From the NCBI GenBank assembly GCA_037441285.1, contig JBBISL010000003.1, positions 64,001 to 128,000 of the forward strand: a stretch of DNA of 64,000 bases, read 5' to 3'. Below, piece after piece: positions 54,500 through 63,895 of this stretch (positions within the stretch are counted from its first letter, which is position 1; each line of letters starts with the position of its first letter). The translations under genes were made by a program, and so were the position numbers. Below the pieces are notes generated by a model. It saw only the letters and a program-made list of their open reading frames with translations. It was not told the origin of the DNA and did not search any database. Origin of the DNA: a candidate division WOR-3 bacterium. Its GTDB lineage: Bacteria > Hydrothermota > Tepidihabitantia > Tepidihabitantales > Tepidihabitantaceae.

Positions 54500-56131
54500 T
54501 CAAGCCTCCTTTTTGGTATAATCGGGCAGAATCAAGGGCGATTTTGTTGTCGGAGCGATGCGGTGTTTTTGCAACTCCTGGTCCCATTTTTCAATATGCT
54601 TGAGGGTAAGTTCCAGATTAGAGCCTCTGGCCCGGGCGGTTTGGGCGGCAGCAGCACCAGCCCGACGCCCGAACACGATGACATCCAGTAGCGAGTTGCC
54701 CATCAGACGGTTGCGGCCGTGGACACCACCGGAAGCCTCACCGGCAACAAACAGAAACGGAACATTGGTTCGGCAATCAGGGTCAATTGCGACCCCGCCA
54801 TTCTGGTAGTGTAGGGTCGGATATACGAGAATCGGTTCTTTGTCCAGTTCAATTCCGAAGCGGGCAAATTGACGAACCATTGCGGGTAGTTCTTTTTTTA
54901 CCGTGCCCGGTCCGCGCAAAATTTCAATCATCGGGGTGTCAAGCCAGACACCGGAGATGTTGCCGGGTGTTACAACGCCTTTGCCTTTCTGGCATTCCCG
55001 GATTATCGCTGAGGCAACCACATCCCGGGTTTCAAGCGGGTATATGAACTGCTGTCCGTCAATATTAAGGAGCTGGGCACCCAGACTCCGGACCTTTTCG
55101 GTTACCAGCTGCCCAATGATTTGCTGGGGATAAGCAACGCCGGTCGGGTGGTACTGCATCGTATCGATAAATGCCAGTCGGGCGCCGGCACGATAGGCAA
55201 GAACCAACCCGTCGCCGGTCGCACCGTAGTGGTTAGAGGTTGGAAATCCCTGATAGTGAAGTCGACCACTGCCGCCCGTGGCGATAATAACCGTTTTTGC
55301 CCGAATTACCGTGTAGTGGTAATCGCGGGAAAGGGCATTGCCGCTGAGGTTCAGGTTTAATAGAACCGCACCGGTGATTGCACCGGTTGAGTCGGTGAGC
55401 AGTTCAACCGCCGGAGAAAATTCAAGGACGGTAATTTGCGGACGGCTTTTTAGTTCATCCCGGAGGGTACGCATAATCTCAGCGCCGGTGTAGTCACGGG
55501 CGGTGTGCATCCGTTTGCGGGATGTGCCGCCACCGTGGATTGTTTTCATTGACCCGTCCGGGTTTTTATCAAACATTACCCCGAGGTCTTCAAGCCATTG
55601 AATTGCTTCCGGTGCATCAGTCACAAGCGTTTCCACCAGTTCTGGGATATTGGCAAAATGTCCTCCTCCCAGCACATCGAGATAGTGGAGTGCCGGCGAG
55701 TCGTTTTGTTTGTCGGCGGCTTGAATTCCACCTTGTGCCATCATCGTGTTGGCGTCACCGAGACGCAGTTTCGTTGCCACAATTACTTTTGCTCCAAGGT
55801 CATCGGCGATAAGCGCGGCGGCGCAACCGGCACCACCGCCACCAATTACAAGGACATCGCAGTCGTAGTCTGGATGGTCAACAGCAATGCTGGCTTCTTT
55901 TAACAAACTTTCGCCTTCAAGAAGTAGAGCAAGTTCGCGCGGGGTGCGGTCGCCGGCGTTCGGTCCAACCCGAAGGGTGGAGAATGTGTCGGCACGGTAA
56001 TCGGGATGGTATTCCTGGAGCAGTTTATCTTTTTCCTCGGCGGTCAGGCGGGGAAAGGCCTGTTTCAGACGGTCCGGTCTTGTTTGTGCCACGCGGGTGG
56101 CAAGTTCATTCAACGGAGATGGATAAGCCAT
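54500..56131 (-). CDS. SdhA/FrdA/NadB-family flavoprotein
   Basis: VIGGGGAG, MAQGGI, ATGGSG, TGDG, QYHPTG, RDVV, HYQNGG, HGRNRLMGNSL. Confidence 0.92.
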   Translation of the reverse strand: MAYPSPLNELATRVAQTRPDRLKQAFPRLTAEEKDKLLQEYHPDYRADTFSTLRVGPNAGDRTPRELALLLEGESLLKEASIAVDHPDYDCDVLVIGGGGAGCAAALIADDLGAKVIVATKLRLGDANTMMAQGGIQAADKQNDSPALHYLDVLGGGHFANIPELVETLVTDAPEAIQWLEDLGVMFDKNPDGSMKTIHGGGTSRKRMHTARDYTGAEIMRTLRDELKSRPQITVLEFSPAVELLTDSTGAITGAVLLNLNLSGNALSRDYHYTVIRAKTVIIATGGSGRLHYQGFPTSNHYGATGDGLVLAYRAGARLAFIDTMQYHPTGVAYPQQIIGQLVTEKVRSLGAQLLNIDGQQFIYPLETRDVVASAIIRECQKGKGVVTPGNISGVWLDTPMIEILRGPGTVKKELPAMVRQFARFGIELDKEPILVYPTLHYQNGGVAIDPDCRTNVPFLFVAGEASGGVHGRNRLMGNSLLDVIVFGRRAGAAAAQTARARGSNLELTLKHIEKWDQELQKHRIAPTTKSPLILPDYTKKEA

Positions 56132-56135
56132 TTTT

Positions 56136-56819
56136 TTACTCCTCGGGTTCTATATCCCGGTTAGCGTAAAGTTTTTTAAGTTCTGCCTGGGGCATATTTT
56201 TAAGTTCGGCGAGGGCAGCAGCAAATTTACCCGATTTGATTTCTTGAATCCGTTGTTTCAGATGTTCGGAGCGGGGGGCGAGAAATTTGCCATAGATGCG
56301 CCGGCAGAGTAAGGCGGCGTGATGTTTAACCAGTTCGGCGGGACAGCGACTGACACACAGTCCGCACATAATACAGTCAAACGAGATGTCAGCAGCAAGC
56401 GGGATTTCACCCCGGACAATTGCCGAAACATAGCCCAGAACATCGATTTCCTGGGGGCAGGATTTAGTACAGGTGTTACATCCGTAGCAGGTTAACATTT
56501 CGGGGTAGATATCGAGCACCTCCTGGGCGGTACCTTTCAGTTCGGAAAGGCGATAGCGCGGCTGGTGTGCCGGGAAATAAGGAATCATCGCCAGTTGCAT
56601 ATTGGGTTCAATTTTGGTCTGGCAGGCAAGGGCGAATTTTAAGTGGTAATCTCCGGCAACGCGATACACAGTGGCACAGGCACCACAGAAACCACCCCGG
56701 CAGCCAACACCGCGAATAAGCCGATAGCCCGCATACTCAAGCGCCTGAAGAATAGTCAATGAATCGGGAACCCGATGATGCTCACCCATAATATAGATGT
56801 CAATCATATTTTCAGCCAT
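56136..56819 (-). CDS. SdhB/FrdB-like iron-sulfur subunit ([2Fe-2S] + 2x[4Fe-4S])
   Basis: GCRGGFCGAC..LAC; CYGCNTCTKSCP; CIMCGLCVSRCP; start ATG 56819 after GGGAGG. Confidence 0.88.
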   Translation of the reverse strand: MAENMIDIYIMGEHHRVPDSLTILQALEYAGYRLIRGVGCRGGFCGACATVYRVAGDYHLKFALACQTKIEPNMQLAMIPYFPAHQPRYRLSELKGTAQEVLDIYPEMLTCYGCNTCTKSCPQEIDVLGYVSAIVRGEIPLAADISFDCIMCGLCVSRCPAELVKHHAALLCRRIYGKFLAPRSEHLKQRIQEIKSGKFAAALAELKNMPQAELKKLYANRDIEPEE

Positions 56820-57261
56820 TGATTGCCTCCCGATAAAACTCGTCAAGATAATAGTCGTCGCGAGGCGCCAGGTGCGCCAGCAGATGTCTCATCTGTTCAA
56901 TCGCCCTTTCTCTGACGATGTAATGTTTTATCGTCGTGTCTACCTGGGGGCAGGATAAGACACATTGATAACAGCGGTCGCAGTCCGAGCCGACCATTGT
57001 TTCGAGGGCGAGACTGGTGCGCTGGGCGGTGCGTTTTAATCGGGCGGGTTCTCGTGCCAATAAGGAGCAGATGTCAATGCAGTTTCCACAACCCAGACAG
57101 GCGCGGCTACCGGTGATGTTTTCCTTGACCTTTAATGTATGAGAGGGCCCGAATCCAGAAGAAAGCAGCCGGCAGCGTGGTACCGGAGAAGCCGAAGTGT
57201 CGAGAATAATTTCGAGAACGCGTTTTACCTTCTGAACATCGGTCTGGACCGTGTTGGGCAT
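56812..57261 (-). CDS. 2x[4Fe-4S] dicluster protein
   Basis: CLGCGNCIDIC and CDRCYQCVLSCP. Confidence 0.85.
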   Translation of the reverse strand: MPNTVQTDVQKVKRVLEIILDTSASPVPRCRLLSSGFGPSHTLKVKENITGSRACLGCGNCIDICSLLAREPARLKRTAQRTSLALETMVGSDCDRCYQCVLSCPQVDTTIKHYIVRERAIEQMRHLLAHLAPRDDYYLDEFYREAING

Positions 57262-57267
57262 AACAGT

Positions 57268-58242
57268 TTACCCCTGCTTGATTTTTTTGAACTCTTCAGT
57301 GAGAAGGGGGACAACCTGAAACAGGTCACCGACGATACCATAATCGGCAACTTTAAAAATATTTGCCTCAGGGTCTTTGTTGATTGCCACGATGCATTTT
57401 GAGTTAATCATTCCAACCAGGTGCTGGATGGCACCGGAAATACCACAGGCGATATAGAGTGAGGGGGCAACAACTTTGCCGGTCTGTCCCACCTGAAACT
57501 GGTGGTCGCGCCAGCCGGCATCAACCGCAGCCCGGGAGGCGCCCACAGCGGCACCGATTACCGCCGCCAGTTCTTCCAGCAGGGCGTAGTTTTCCGGTGC
57601 TTTCATTCCCCGACCACCGGACACGACAATGTCGGCTTCGGTCAGTTCTACCGTTTTGGTAACTGTCTTGACGATTTCGGCAACCTTCATTCGCAACTCA
57701 TCGGGTGTCAACTGGGCGGTGACAATCTGCCCGCCGCGGTTTAGTTCACCTTGAGCGCCCACCGCCCGGGGCCGCAGGCTTATGACCAGCGGTTGCACCT
57801 CCGGAGCTTTAACGGTCGCGAGCGCCTTTCCGGCATAGATTGGGCGAGTGGCAACGACATTTCCGTCTTCATCAAAGTCAATTGCGGTGCAGTCTGATAA
57901 CAGTGCGGTTTCCAACCGGGAACCCAGGGTGGCGGCGAGGTCTTTACCCAGTGCGGTGGCGCTGAGGATGATTGCGTACGGTTTGTGTTCGCGTGCCAGC
58001 CTCTCCAGGACACTGCCATAGCCGTCCGGGGTGTAAAATTCAAGTGCTGGGTCATCGGCCGTGATAACTTTATTTACGCCGAATTTAACAACTTCCTGAG
58101 CGAGGGTGGAGATGTTTTTCCCTAAAATGACGGCGGTGAGTTCATCCTGTTTCTTTTCGGCAATCTTGAAGCCGGCGAGCAGTGCTTCAAAAGCAACCTT
58201 TTTTAGACTACCTTCACGCTGTTCGCAAAAAACCATTACCAT
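57268..58242 (-). CDS. etfA: Electron transfer flavoprotein alpha subunit
   Basis: [40 protein letters not shown]. Confidence 0.96.
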   Translation of the reverse strand: MVMVFCEQREGSLKKVAFEALLAGFKIAEKKQDELTAVILGKNISTLAQEVVKFGVNKVITADDPALEFYTPDGYGSVLERLAREHKPYAIILSATALGKDLAATLGSRLETALLSDCTAIDFDEDGNVVATRPIYAGKALATVKAPEVQPLVISLRPRAVGAQGELNRGGQIVTAQLTPDELRMKVAEIVKTVTKTVELTEADIVVSGGRGMKAPENYALLEELAAVIGAAVGASRAAVDAGWRDHQFQVGQTGKVVAPSLYIACGISGAIQHLVGMINSKCIVAINKDPEANIFKVADYGIVGDLFQVVPLLTEEFKKIKQG

Positions 58243-58263
58243 TAGATTCCTCCTGCTCTGTTG

Positions 58264-58333
58264 GTTATTAACTTCATAATAACAAAGAAGTCTACCAGAA
58301 TAATCAGTGTACCATTAGAGAAAAACAAGTCAA
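58264..58333 (-). promoter_or_regulatory. etfA promoter and downstream inverted repeat
   Basis: TTGACT-16-TACACT (58333-58306); GTTATTA-N6-TAATAAC at 58264-58283; SD AGGAGG. Confidence 0.6.
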
Positions 58334-58419
58334 GAAATTGAGAATGATTGCCCTTTTATCAGGGTTACCAAGTTTCAGGGCGTGTTTCTTATTACGCAGG
58401 TGGTGCCGTAATTACTGTA

Positions 58420-60048
58420 CTATCTCAGTTTCAGAACTTTTGTCGGACTCGTACCGTTTTTGACCCAGCAAAGATAAGCACCGGCAGGACAGGGTGTTCC
58501 ATTGTCATCGGTACCATCCCAGATGACCTCAGTTTTAATGTGTTTTAGCGTGCGTACCGGTCTGCCACTGGCATCGTAGATGACAATTTCGGTGCCTGTG
58601 GTAGTTGAATTAGAGATGACCAGGCGGGTAGTATGTCGAAAGACCTGGGGCGTGGCAATAACCCTGGTTGGTGGCAGAAGTACCGGTGCTTCCTGAATAC
58701 CAACCTGTCCGACTGGAATTAGTGTATCATAAGGGTAGAGGTTATGGCCCGTAACCACGAGGCGCAGTCTACCGGTATCGGTTGGGTTGATGTTAAAGGC
58801 GATTGCGCCATAAGCGTCAGTGTAACCATATTCGTAAATTGTCGTGTCCATTGAGATGCACACCAAGGCGTTGGCGATGGGTTGTTCATTAAGCAAGACG
58901 CGAACTGCTAACTCCTGGGGTTGGGGCGCGATGACATCCGGATGCTCCACAGTTGGAAGTTTCGGGGTTGTGGTCCAGATATCAAGGTCCGGGTCGCCCA
59001 AAAGATTAAACCCACGGTATTCAGCGACATCGGCGAATGCCCGGTAAGCCGAGTCTTTGGCACGAATCATCGCCTGACCGAGTTTGGTTTTCCCTTCAAG
59101 GAAGAGCGCCCTGGAAAAGGCACGGGCAACCGCACTTCGTTTGCGGACCGTAAGGTTGCTGGAAGCAAGCGAATGGGTGTTACCGAAGAATGCAACCGCA
59201 CCTTTAAGGTTAGTAACAGTTCCAGCTTTAACCCAGGAGTCGCCAACCATCTGTTCTCCTGGTGCCAGAGTCATCGTTTCACAGGTTATAGAAAGGATTA
59301 TCGGTAGTTTTTTACCATTGTTTGTTAAATAAGGATTGACATTCATCGGCTGGTACCAGTTACTGACACCGCTACCCCGATAAAGAACAATTCCGGTTCC
59401 GTTGTTGACCGAGTTAATGACATTATTAGCGGTGTGGCCGCGTAAATAGGAGAGTGAGTCACAACTGACAAATCCGTTTGCGCCCGCGAGACTGGCAAAT
59501 ATTCGGATGTCGTTCCAGTAGATGGTGTCATCGGGGTCGCTATTTTCCCGGATAACGGTGGTGAGACGGCGCATCCAGAGGCTATCGGTAAGGTCCGGGT
59601 ATCTTTCATAGGCAAGGGTTTTTGCAACCATTACACTGCACTGGAACGCAGAACTGGCAATGAATCTGCCAACTGGAATGTCCATATAGAGGTCGCTGTT
59701 TATATCACCGTAAACATTATCAGAATAGTAACCATATCCTCCCTGAATTCGATAGAAGCGTGCGGGAAGAGATGATGGTGAGCCGACGAGAAGGATGTAT
59801 TCCGGTCTAACGGGCCAGGTGTTATAGGCGTTTCGGATATAGTTTTTAATAGCGGTGGTGTCTGCTGGAGTGCCGATTTCGGACAGTTTTACCACCTTAC
59901 ACTGCATACCCGAATAGTGCTTCCAGTCGGCAAGGGGTTTGATTACTGGCGCAAGGGCGTCGGTGGTAATGATAAGATACCTTGCCCCTTCTTCAGCCAA
60001 AACAAGAGAACAGATACCCAGTATGATGGGCAGAAGAAATCTTTTCAT
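58420..60048 (-). CDS. C25 (gingipain-like) peptidase family protein with C-terminal FlgD/T9SS-like Ig tail
   Basis: Signal peptide; YLII..LADWK..G, YILLVG, SD..Y, VGR, GAVAFFG, NLLGDP; tail IYDASGRPV..WDGTD..G..AGAY. Confidence 0.85.
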   Translation of the reverse strand: MKRFLLPIILGICSLVLAEEGARYLIITTDALAPVIKPLADWKHYSGMQCKVVKLSEIGTPADTTAIKNYIRNAYNTWPVRPEYILLVGSPSSLPARFYRIQGGYGYYSDNVYGDINSDLYMDIPVGRFIASSAFQCSVMVAKTLAYERYPDLTDSLWMRRLTTVIRENSDPDDTIYWNDIRIFASLAGANGFVSCDSLSYLRGHTANNVINSVNNGTGIVLYRGSGVSNWYQPMNVNPYLTNNGKKLPIILSITCETMTLAPGEQMVGDSWVKAGTVTNLKGAVAFFGNTHSLASSNLTVRKRSAVARAFSRALFLEGKTKLGQAMIRAKDSAYRAFADVAEYRGFNLLGDPDLDIWTTTPKLPTVEHPDVIAPQPQELAVRVLLNEQPIANALVCISMDTTIYEYGYTDAYGAIAFNINPTDTGRLRLVVTGHNLYPYDTLIPVGQVGIQEAPVLLPPTRVIATPQVFRHTTRLVISNSTTTGTEIVIYDASGRPVRTLKHIKTEVIWDGTDDNGTPCPAGAYLCWVKNGTSPTKVLKLR

Positions 60049-60169
60049 TTAAACCTCCCAGGGTTTAAGGTGTCGCGCACCTGATTTAAACATTTTAGAC
60101 CGAGCCAGTTCATCGCGCTACAATATTTTACTTCTTGAACTTGGTTTGTCAAATGGGTATTATTGGAAA

Positions 60170-60952
60170 ATGGCAAAAGAGCAAAAGAGCAGAAGGGCAG
60201 AGGTTCGGGTTTTAGTTATCGGTTGCGGTAAAGTTGGTAGTGCGCTTGTCTGGCATCTTTCCCGACTGGGGTATAAAGTTCTGACTGTAAGGCATCGGCT
60301 TGAAGATGCCCGCCATTTGGTGCCGGGTGTTGATGTGATTTTTTTCGCGGTGCCTGACCGACAGATTCAGAAAATGTTTTTACGGTTAAGGCGGTATATT
60401 AAACCCGGGACTCTGGTGGTTCACCTTTCTGGTGCTTATGGTGTAGAACTTTTTAAAGGCGCGGTTGAGCGAGGTATAGACACTTTAGCACTACATCCGA
60501 TCAAGAGTTTTTTTAGTCAAGGGCAGGCGAAAAAAGACCTGCCCGGAGGATACTTTGCGCTTGATGGCACGAGAAAAGGTTTGCGCTTTGGCCGGCGGCT
60601 GGTAGCGCAGTTAAAAGGAAAGGCGGTTTTTGTTCGTTCTGAAGTTCGACCACTTTATCACGCAATGTGTGTGTTCGGTAGCAATTTTATCCATCCATTG
60701 TTTTATGCGGTGGAGCAGATTGGCAAGGAGATTGGTTTTGCGCCGCAAAAGGCAAGGGAGATTATTATGCCGTTAACTATTGGGGTGGTGCGAAACATAA
60801 AAAGGCAGGGAGCGGTTGCGAGTCTGACCGGACCGGTAAAACGCGGGGACTGGATAACGGTTAAACGTCATCTAAAAGCCCTAAAAGAGCGTCATCCTGA
60901 AATGGTGTCACTTTATAAGCGGTTAACCAGATTTCTTGAGGAGATGAGATGA
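60170..60952 (+). CDS. Rossmann-like and DUF2520 domain protein
   Basis: IGCGKVG, AVPD, HLSGA, LHP, YHA....SN, LTGPVKRGD..TV..HL. Confidence 0.88.
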   Translation: MAKEQKSRRAEVRVLVIGCGKVGSALVWHLSRLGYKVLTVRHRLEDARHLVPGVDVIFFAVPDRQIQKMFLRLRRYIKPGTLVVHLSGAYGVELFKGAVERGIDTLALHPIKSFFSQGQAKKDLPGGYFALDGTRKGLRFGRRLVAQLKGKAVFVRSEVRPLYHAMCVFGSNFIHPLFYAVEQIGKEIGFAPQKAREIIMPLTIGVVRNIKRQGAVASLTGPVKRGDWITVKRHLKALKERHPEMVSLYKRLTRFLEEMR

Positions 60953-61908
60953 AAAGGCAACTGTTGTTATTCGGTTTATTGCTACTATTGTGCGGGCAGT
61001 GCGCCAAGAAGATGCTGCCGCCCAGTCCAGACCGATTCCCACCCCGTATCGTTGAGGTTAACGCCCGAACCCGGGTCCAGGTCGAACTGGTTTTTGATGA
61101 GGAAATTGACCCGGCAAGGTTTGTTCCTGAGAGTTTGAATATCACCGGGCTGGGGATAAGAGGGGTTTCAAGGGGAAGGGACCGAATGCGGGTTCTGGTG
61201 TGGACTGAGCCGCAATCGCCCCAGCGTTATCTCCTTCAGGGATTGGTATGGGATATGGCGGGCAATGCCGGCCGATTTCGCGCCGGTTTTCTGGGGTCAA
61301 CCCGAATTGACACAATTTCTCCCCGGGTTGTATCGGTTTTACCAGCACCGGGTAGTGCCAATCTCGGGCGGGGAATTCGCACCATCGTTCGATTCAGTGA
61401 ACCGGTTGATACGAGTTTGCCCGTTAACTATATGATTGTGCCCGCGGAGTTCGAGACGCTTTTTCATCGGGTCTGGGAACCCAACTGGCAGGAGGTACAT
61501 TTTGTCTGTCGGGACTCAATTGGTAAAGGACAGGTTTTTTACTTTTTATTACAACCCGGGTTTCAGGACCTGGAAGGCAATATCGGTTTGACACCGGCAT
61601 GGACTTACTGGACAACGGATTCAGTTTTTAATAGTGTTCCGGTTAAGGGCAAAACCGATGTGCCGAGCGGAGCGGTTTTCTTTGAACAGGAGAGGACCAA
61701 GGCGGTGGCCCCGATTTTAGCAGACGGTTCATTTGAAGTTAAGGTGCCGGCGGGTGTTTATTCGGTGTTCGGGGTGAGCGATACCAATAGTGACGGTTTT
61801 GTTGACCTGATAAGTTCACCGGTTGAGTTTAACACCGCACTTGAGAGTTTAAAACTGATTATGGTACCAGAATCAATACCCAAGCGGTTCAATGATTATC
61901 GCCATTAG
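60949..61908 (+). CDS. Ig-like (SbsA/Big_5) domain lipoprotein
   Basis: Signal peptide with Cys-AKK..PP.PD..PP; repeated F(D/S)E(E/P), D..GN. Confidence 0.72.
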   Translation: MKRQLLLFGLLLLLCGQCAKKMLPPSPDRFPPRIVEVNARTRVQVELVFDEEIDPARFVPESLNITGLGIRGVSRGRDRMRVLVWTEPQSPQRYLLQGLVWDMAGNAGRFRAGFLGSTRIDTISPRVVSVLPAPGSANLGRGIRTIVRFSEPVDTSLPVNYMIVPAEFETLFHRVWEPNWQEVHFVCRDSIGKGQVFYFLLQPGFQDLEGNIGLTPAWTYWTTDSVFNSVPVKGKTDVPSGAVFFEQERTKAVAPILADGSFEVKVPAGVYSVFGVSDTNSDGFVDLISSPVEFNTALESLKLIMVPESIPKRFNDYRH

Positions 61909-63895
61909 TTTTATTCTATTAATCCTGACATTTTTGCTTTACCTGAGCGATTTAGCAGAAAAGAGGAATTACCGGTTGTTTGTCCTTCGTCTTCTGGTAA
62001 TTTTACTTCTGGGCTGGATAGCGGTTGGTAAAGTTCTGACCCTACAATGGAATCGTCAGCCGCGGCGTGTGGTATTTCTTGTGGACCGTTCCCGGAGTAT
62101 GGAAATAGTTGGGGTTGACACGGTTGTTGACCAGGTACTTACCCTTTTGCTGGAAAGGATAAAAGGGGTTAAGCAGGAGGTCTGGTGGTTTGCGGATACG
62201 GCGATAAAATCGGGCCAGCGCGATGAGGTGGCGAAGTTAGGCAAGGAGCGCACCCGATTGGGAAAGGCGCTCGAAGTTGTCGGGCAAACCAATCCGGGTG
62301 CAGTCGTGTTGCTCAGTGATGGCCAGGATAACGGTGCGCGCGCGGTGGTTCCGGTTGTTCAGCGGTTAACGGTTCCAGTATATGCGGTGGGTTTCGGTGG
62401 CAAAGGAGGAAGAAACTTGACAATAGAAGAACTGGAATTACCGGCTGTTGTCTATGCCCGGGATACTGTTAGGATTAGAGTGCGGCTGGCGAGTTCCGGA
62501 TTTGCCAATCAGGAGCGGTGTCGGTTGCGCCTGAACGGACAAACAAAAGAGGTTTCCTTAGGAGCGGGTTGGAGTGAGCAGGATGTGTTTTTCCAGATGG
62601 TCTTCACCGAAAGCGGACGCAAGACAGTCCAGGTTATTGGTGAAAGCCTGCCCGGTGAATTGAGTTATCAGGACAATCGCCGGACCGGTTCGGTGGAGGT
62701 GAAACCGGCGCAACTCGCCATTTTCTATATTTCGAACCATCCTGGGCCACAGACAAGATTTATCCGACGAGCACTGGAAAAAGACTCTCGGCTTGATGTC
62801 AAAGCGGCGATTAAGGTAACCGGCAATTTTTCAACCGAACGGGTAGCACTGGACAGTGCCGATGTTTTTATTGTTGACGGTGCTGAGGAGACGCCGCGGG
62901 ATAAAGAGTTCTGGTCCGCGCTGCGGGAACGGGTTGAAATGGGTGCGGGCGTGTTGGTACTTGCAGGAGATGCGTTTCAAGCCGGCAAGCAGTTGGAGCG
63001 ATTGCTACCGGTAAAAGGTGGGCAACTTATGCGCGGGGAGTGGACACCGGTGAGCACCGAGCCGGGACTGTTTCTGCCCTGGTTGAGACAGGATGGTGTT
63101 AACCTGAGTTCGGTGCCGCCATTTAACAGCATCTGGATGGGCACGGTCGAAAATGAAAGGACGACAGTGTGGATGACTACTGAGGAGAATCAAGCGCCGA
63201 TTCTCGTGGCGGGCAGAACCGGTAAAGGAAAAGTTGTTTACCTTGCGGCATACCCATTGTGGCGCTGGGGATTTCTTGCCGATGCGTCGCCCGATAAACC
63301 AACACCGCTTGATGTTTTCCTTTCCGGGATAGTGCGCTATCTCAGCGAAAAAGATACCGGGCAATTTATCATTGAGACGGATGCGCTGAGCTATCTTGCT
63401 GGTGAGCGAATTACGCTGACACTTAAGGCGCGAAGACCGGACGGAACACCCTGGGAAGGGTTAGATGCGCGAGCGGTTGTCAAAGATTCCGGTGGTGGCA
63501 GTTTCGATGTCCCGATGCGGGAAACCGGATTCGGGCGTTACAAAACAGAAATTGAAGGTCTGGCTCCAGGGCGATATTTTGCCTATGTTGAGGTGCAAGA
63601 CCAGAATCGGCTAATGAGTAAGACCGGTCCGGTTGAGTTTCGGGTAACAGAAGAAAGCGTTGAAATGACGCAACTGGGTCTTAATCAGGATTTAATGTCC
63701 CGAATTGCCCTGCTCAGCGGCGGCTGGTTTGTGCCGGCGGAGAGTATTGATGAAATTGACACACTTGAGTTCAAATTGGGGGTTTACCATAAACGATTTT
63801 CTCTGGACCCGAGAAGAAGTTTAATAATTTATGGGCTTCTTGCGGTGCTATTTGGGCTGGAAATAGTTTTAAGGCGTCAAAGGGGGTTGTTGTAA
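61892..63895 (+). CDS. Membrane-anchored vWA and glutamine-amidotransferase-like domain protein
   Basis: LRLL TM N-terminus; MIDAS DRSRSM, T.LG, LLSDG; GKGKV..WRW; C-terminal TM E..LRR..GL. Confidence 0.75.
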   Translation: MIIAISFILLILTFLLYLSDLAEKRNYRLFVLRLLVILLLGWIAVGKVLTLQWNRQPRRVVFLVDRSRSMEIVGVDTVVDQVLTLLLERIKGVKQEVWWFADTAIKSGQRDEVAKLGKERTRLGKALEVVGQTNPGAVVLLSDGQDNGARAVVPVVQRLTVPVYAVGFGGKGGRNLTIEELELPAVVYARDTVRIRVRLASSGFANQERCRLRLNGQTKEVSLGAGWSEQDVFFQMVFTESGRKTVQVIGESLPGELSYQDNRRTGSVEVKPAQLAIFYISNHPGPQTRFIRRALEKDSRLDVKAAIKVTGNFSTERVALDSADVFIVDGAEETPRDKEFWSALRERVEMGAGVLVLAGDAFQAGKQLERLLPVKGGQLMRGEWTPVSTEPGLFLPWLRQDGVNLSSVPPFNSIWMGTVENERTTVWMTTEENQAPILVAGRTGKGKVVYLAAYPLWRWGFLADASPDKPTPLDVFLSGIVRYLSEKDTGQFIIETDALSYLAGERITLTLKARRPDGTPWEGLDARAVVKDSGGGSFDVPMRETGFGRYKTEIEGLAPGRYFAYVEVQDQNRLMSKTGPVEFRVTEESVEMTQLGLNQDLMSRIALLSGGWFVPAESIDEIDTLEFKLGVYHKRFSLDPRRSLIIYGLLAVLFGLEIVLRRQRGLL

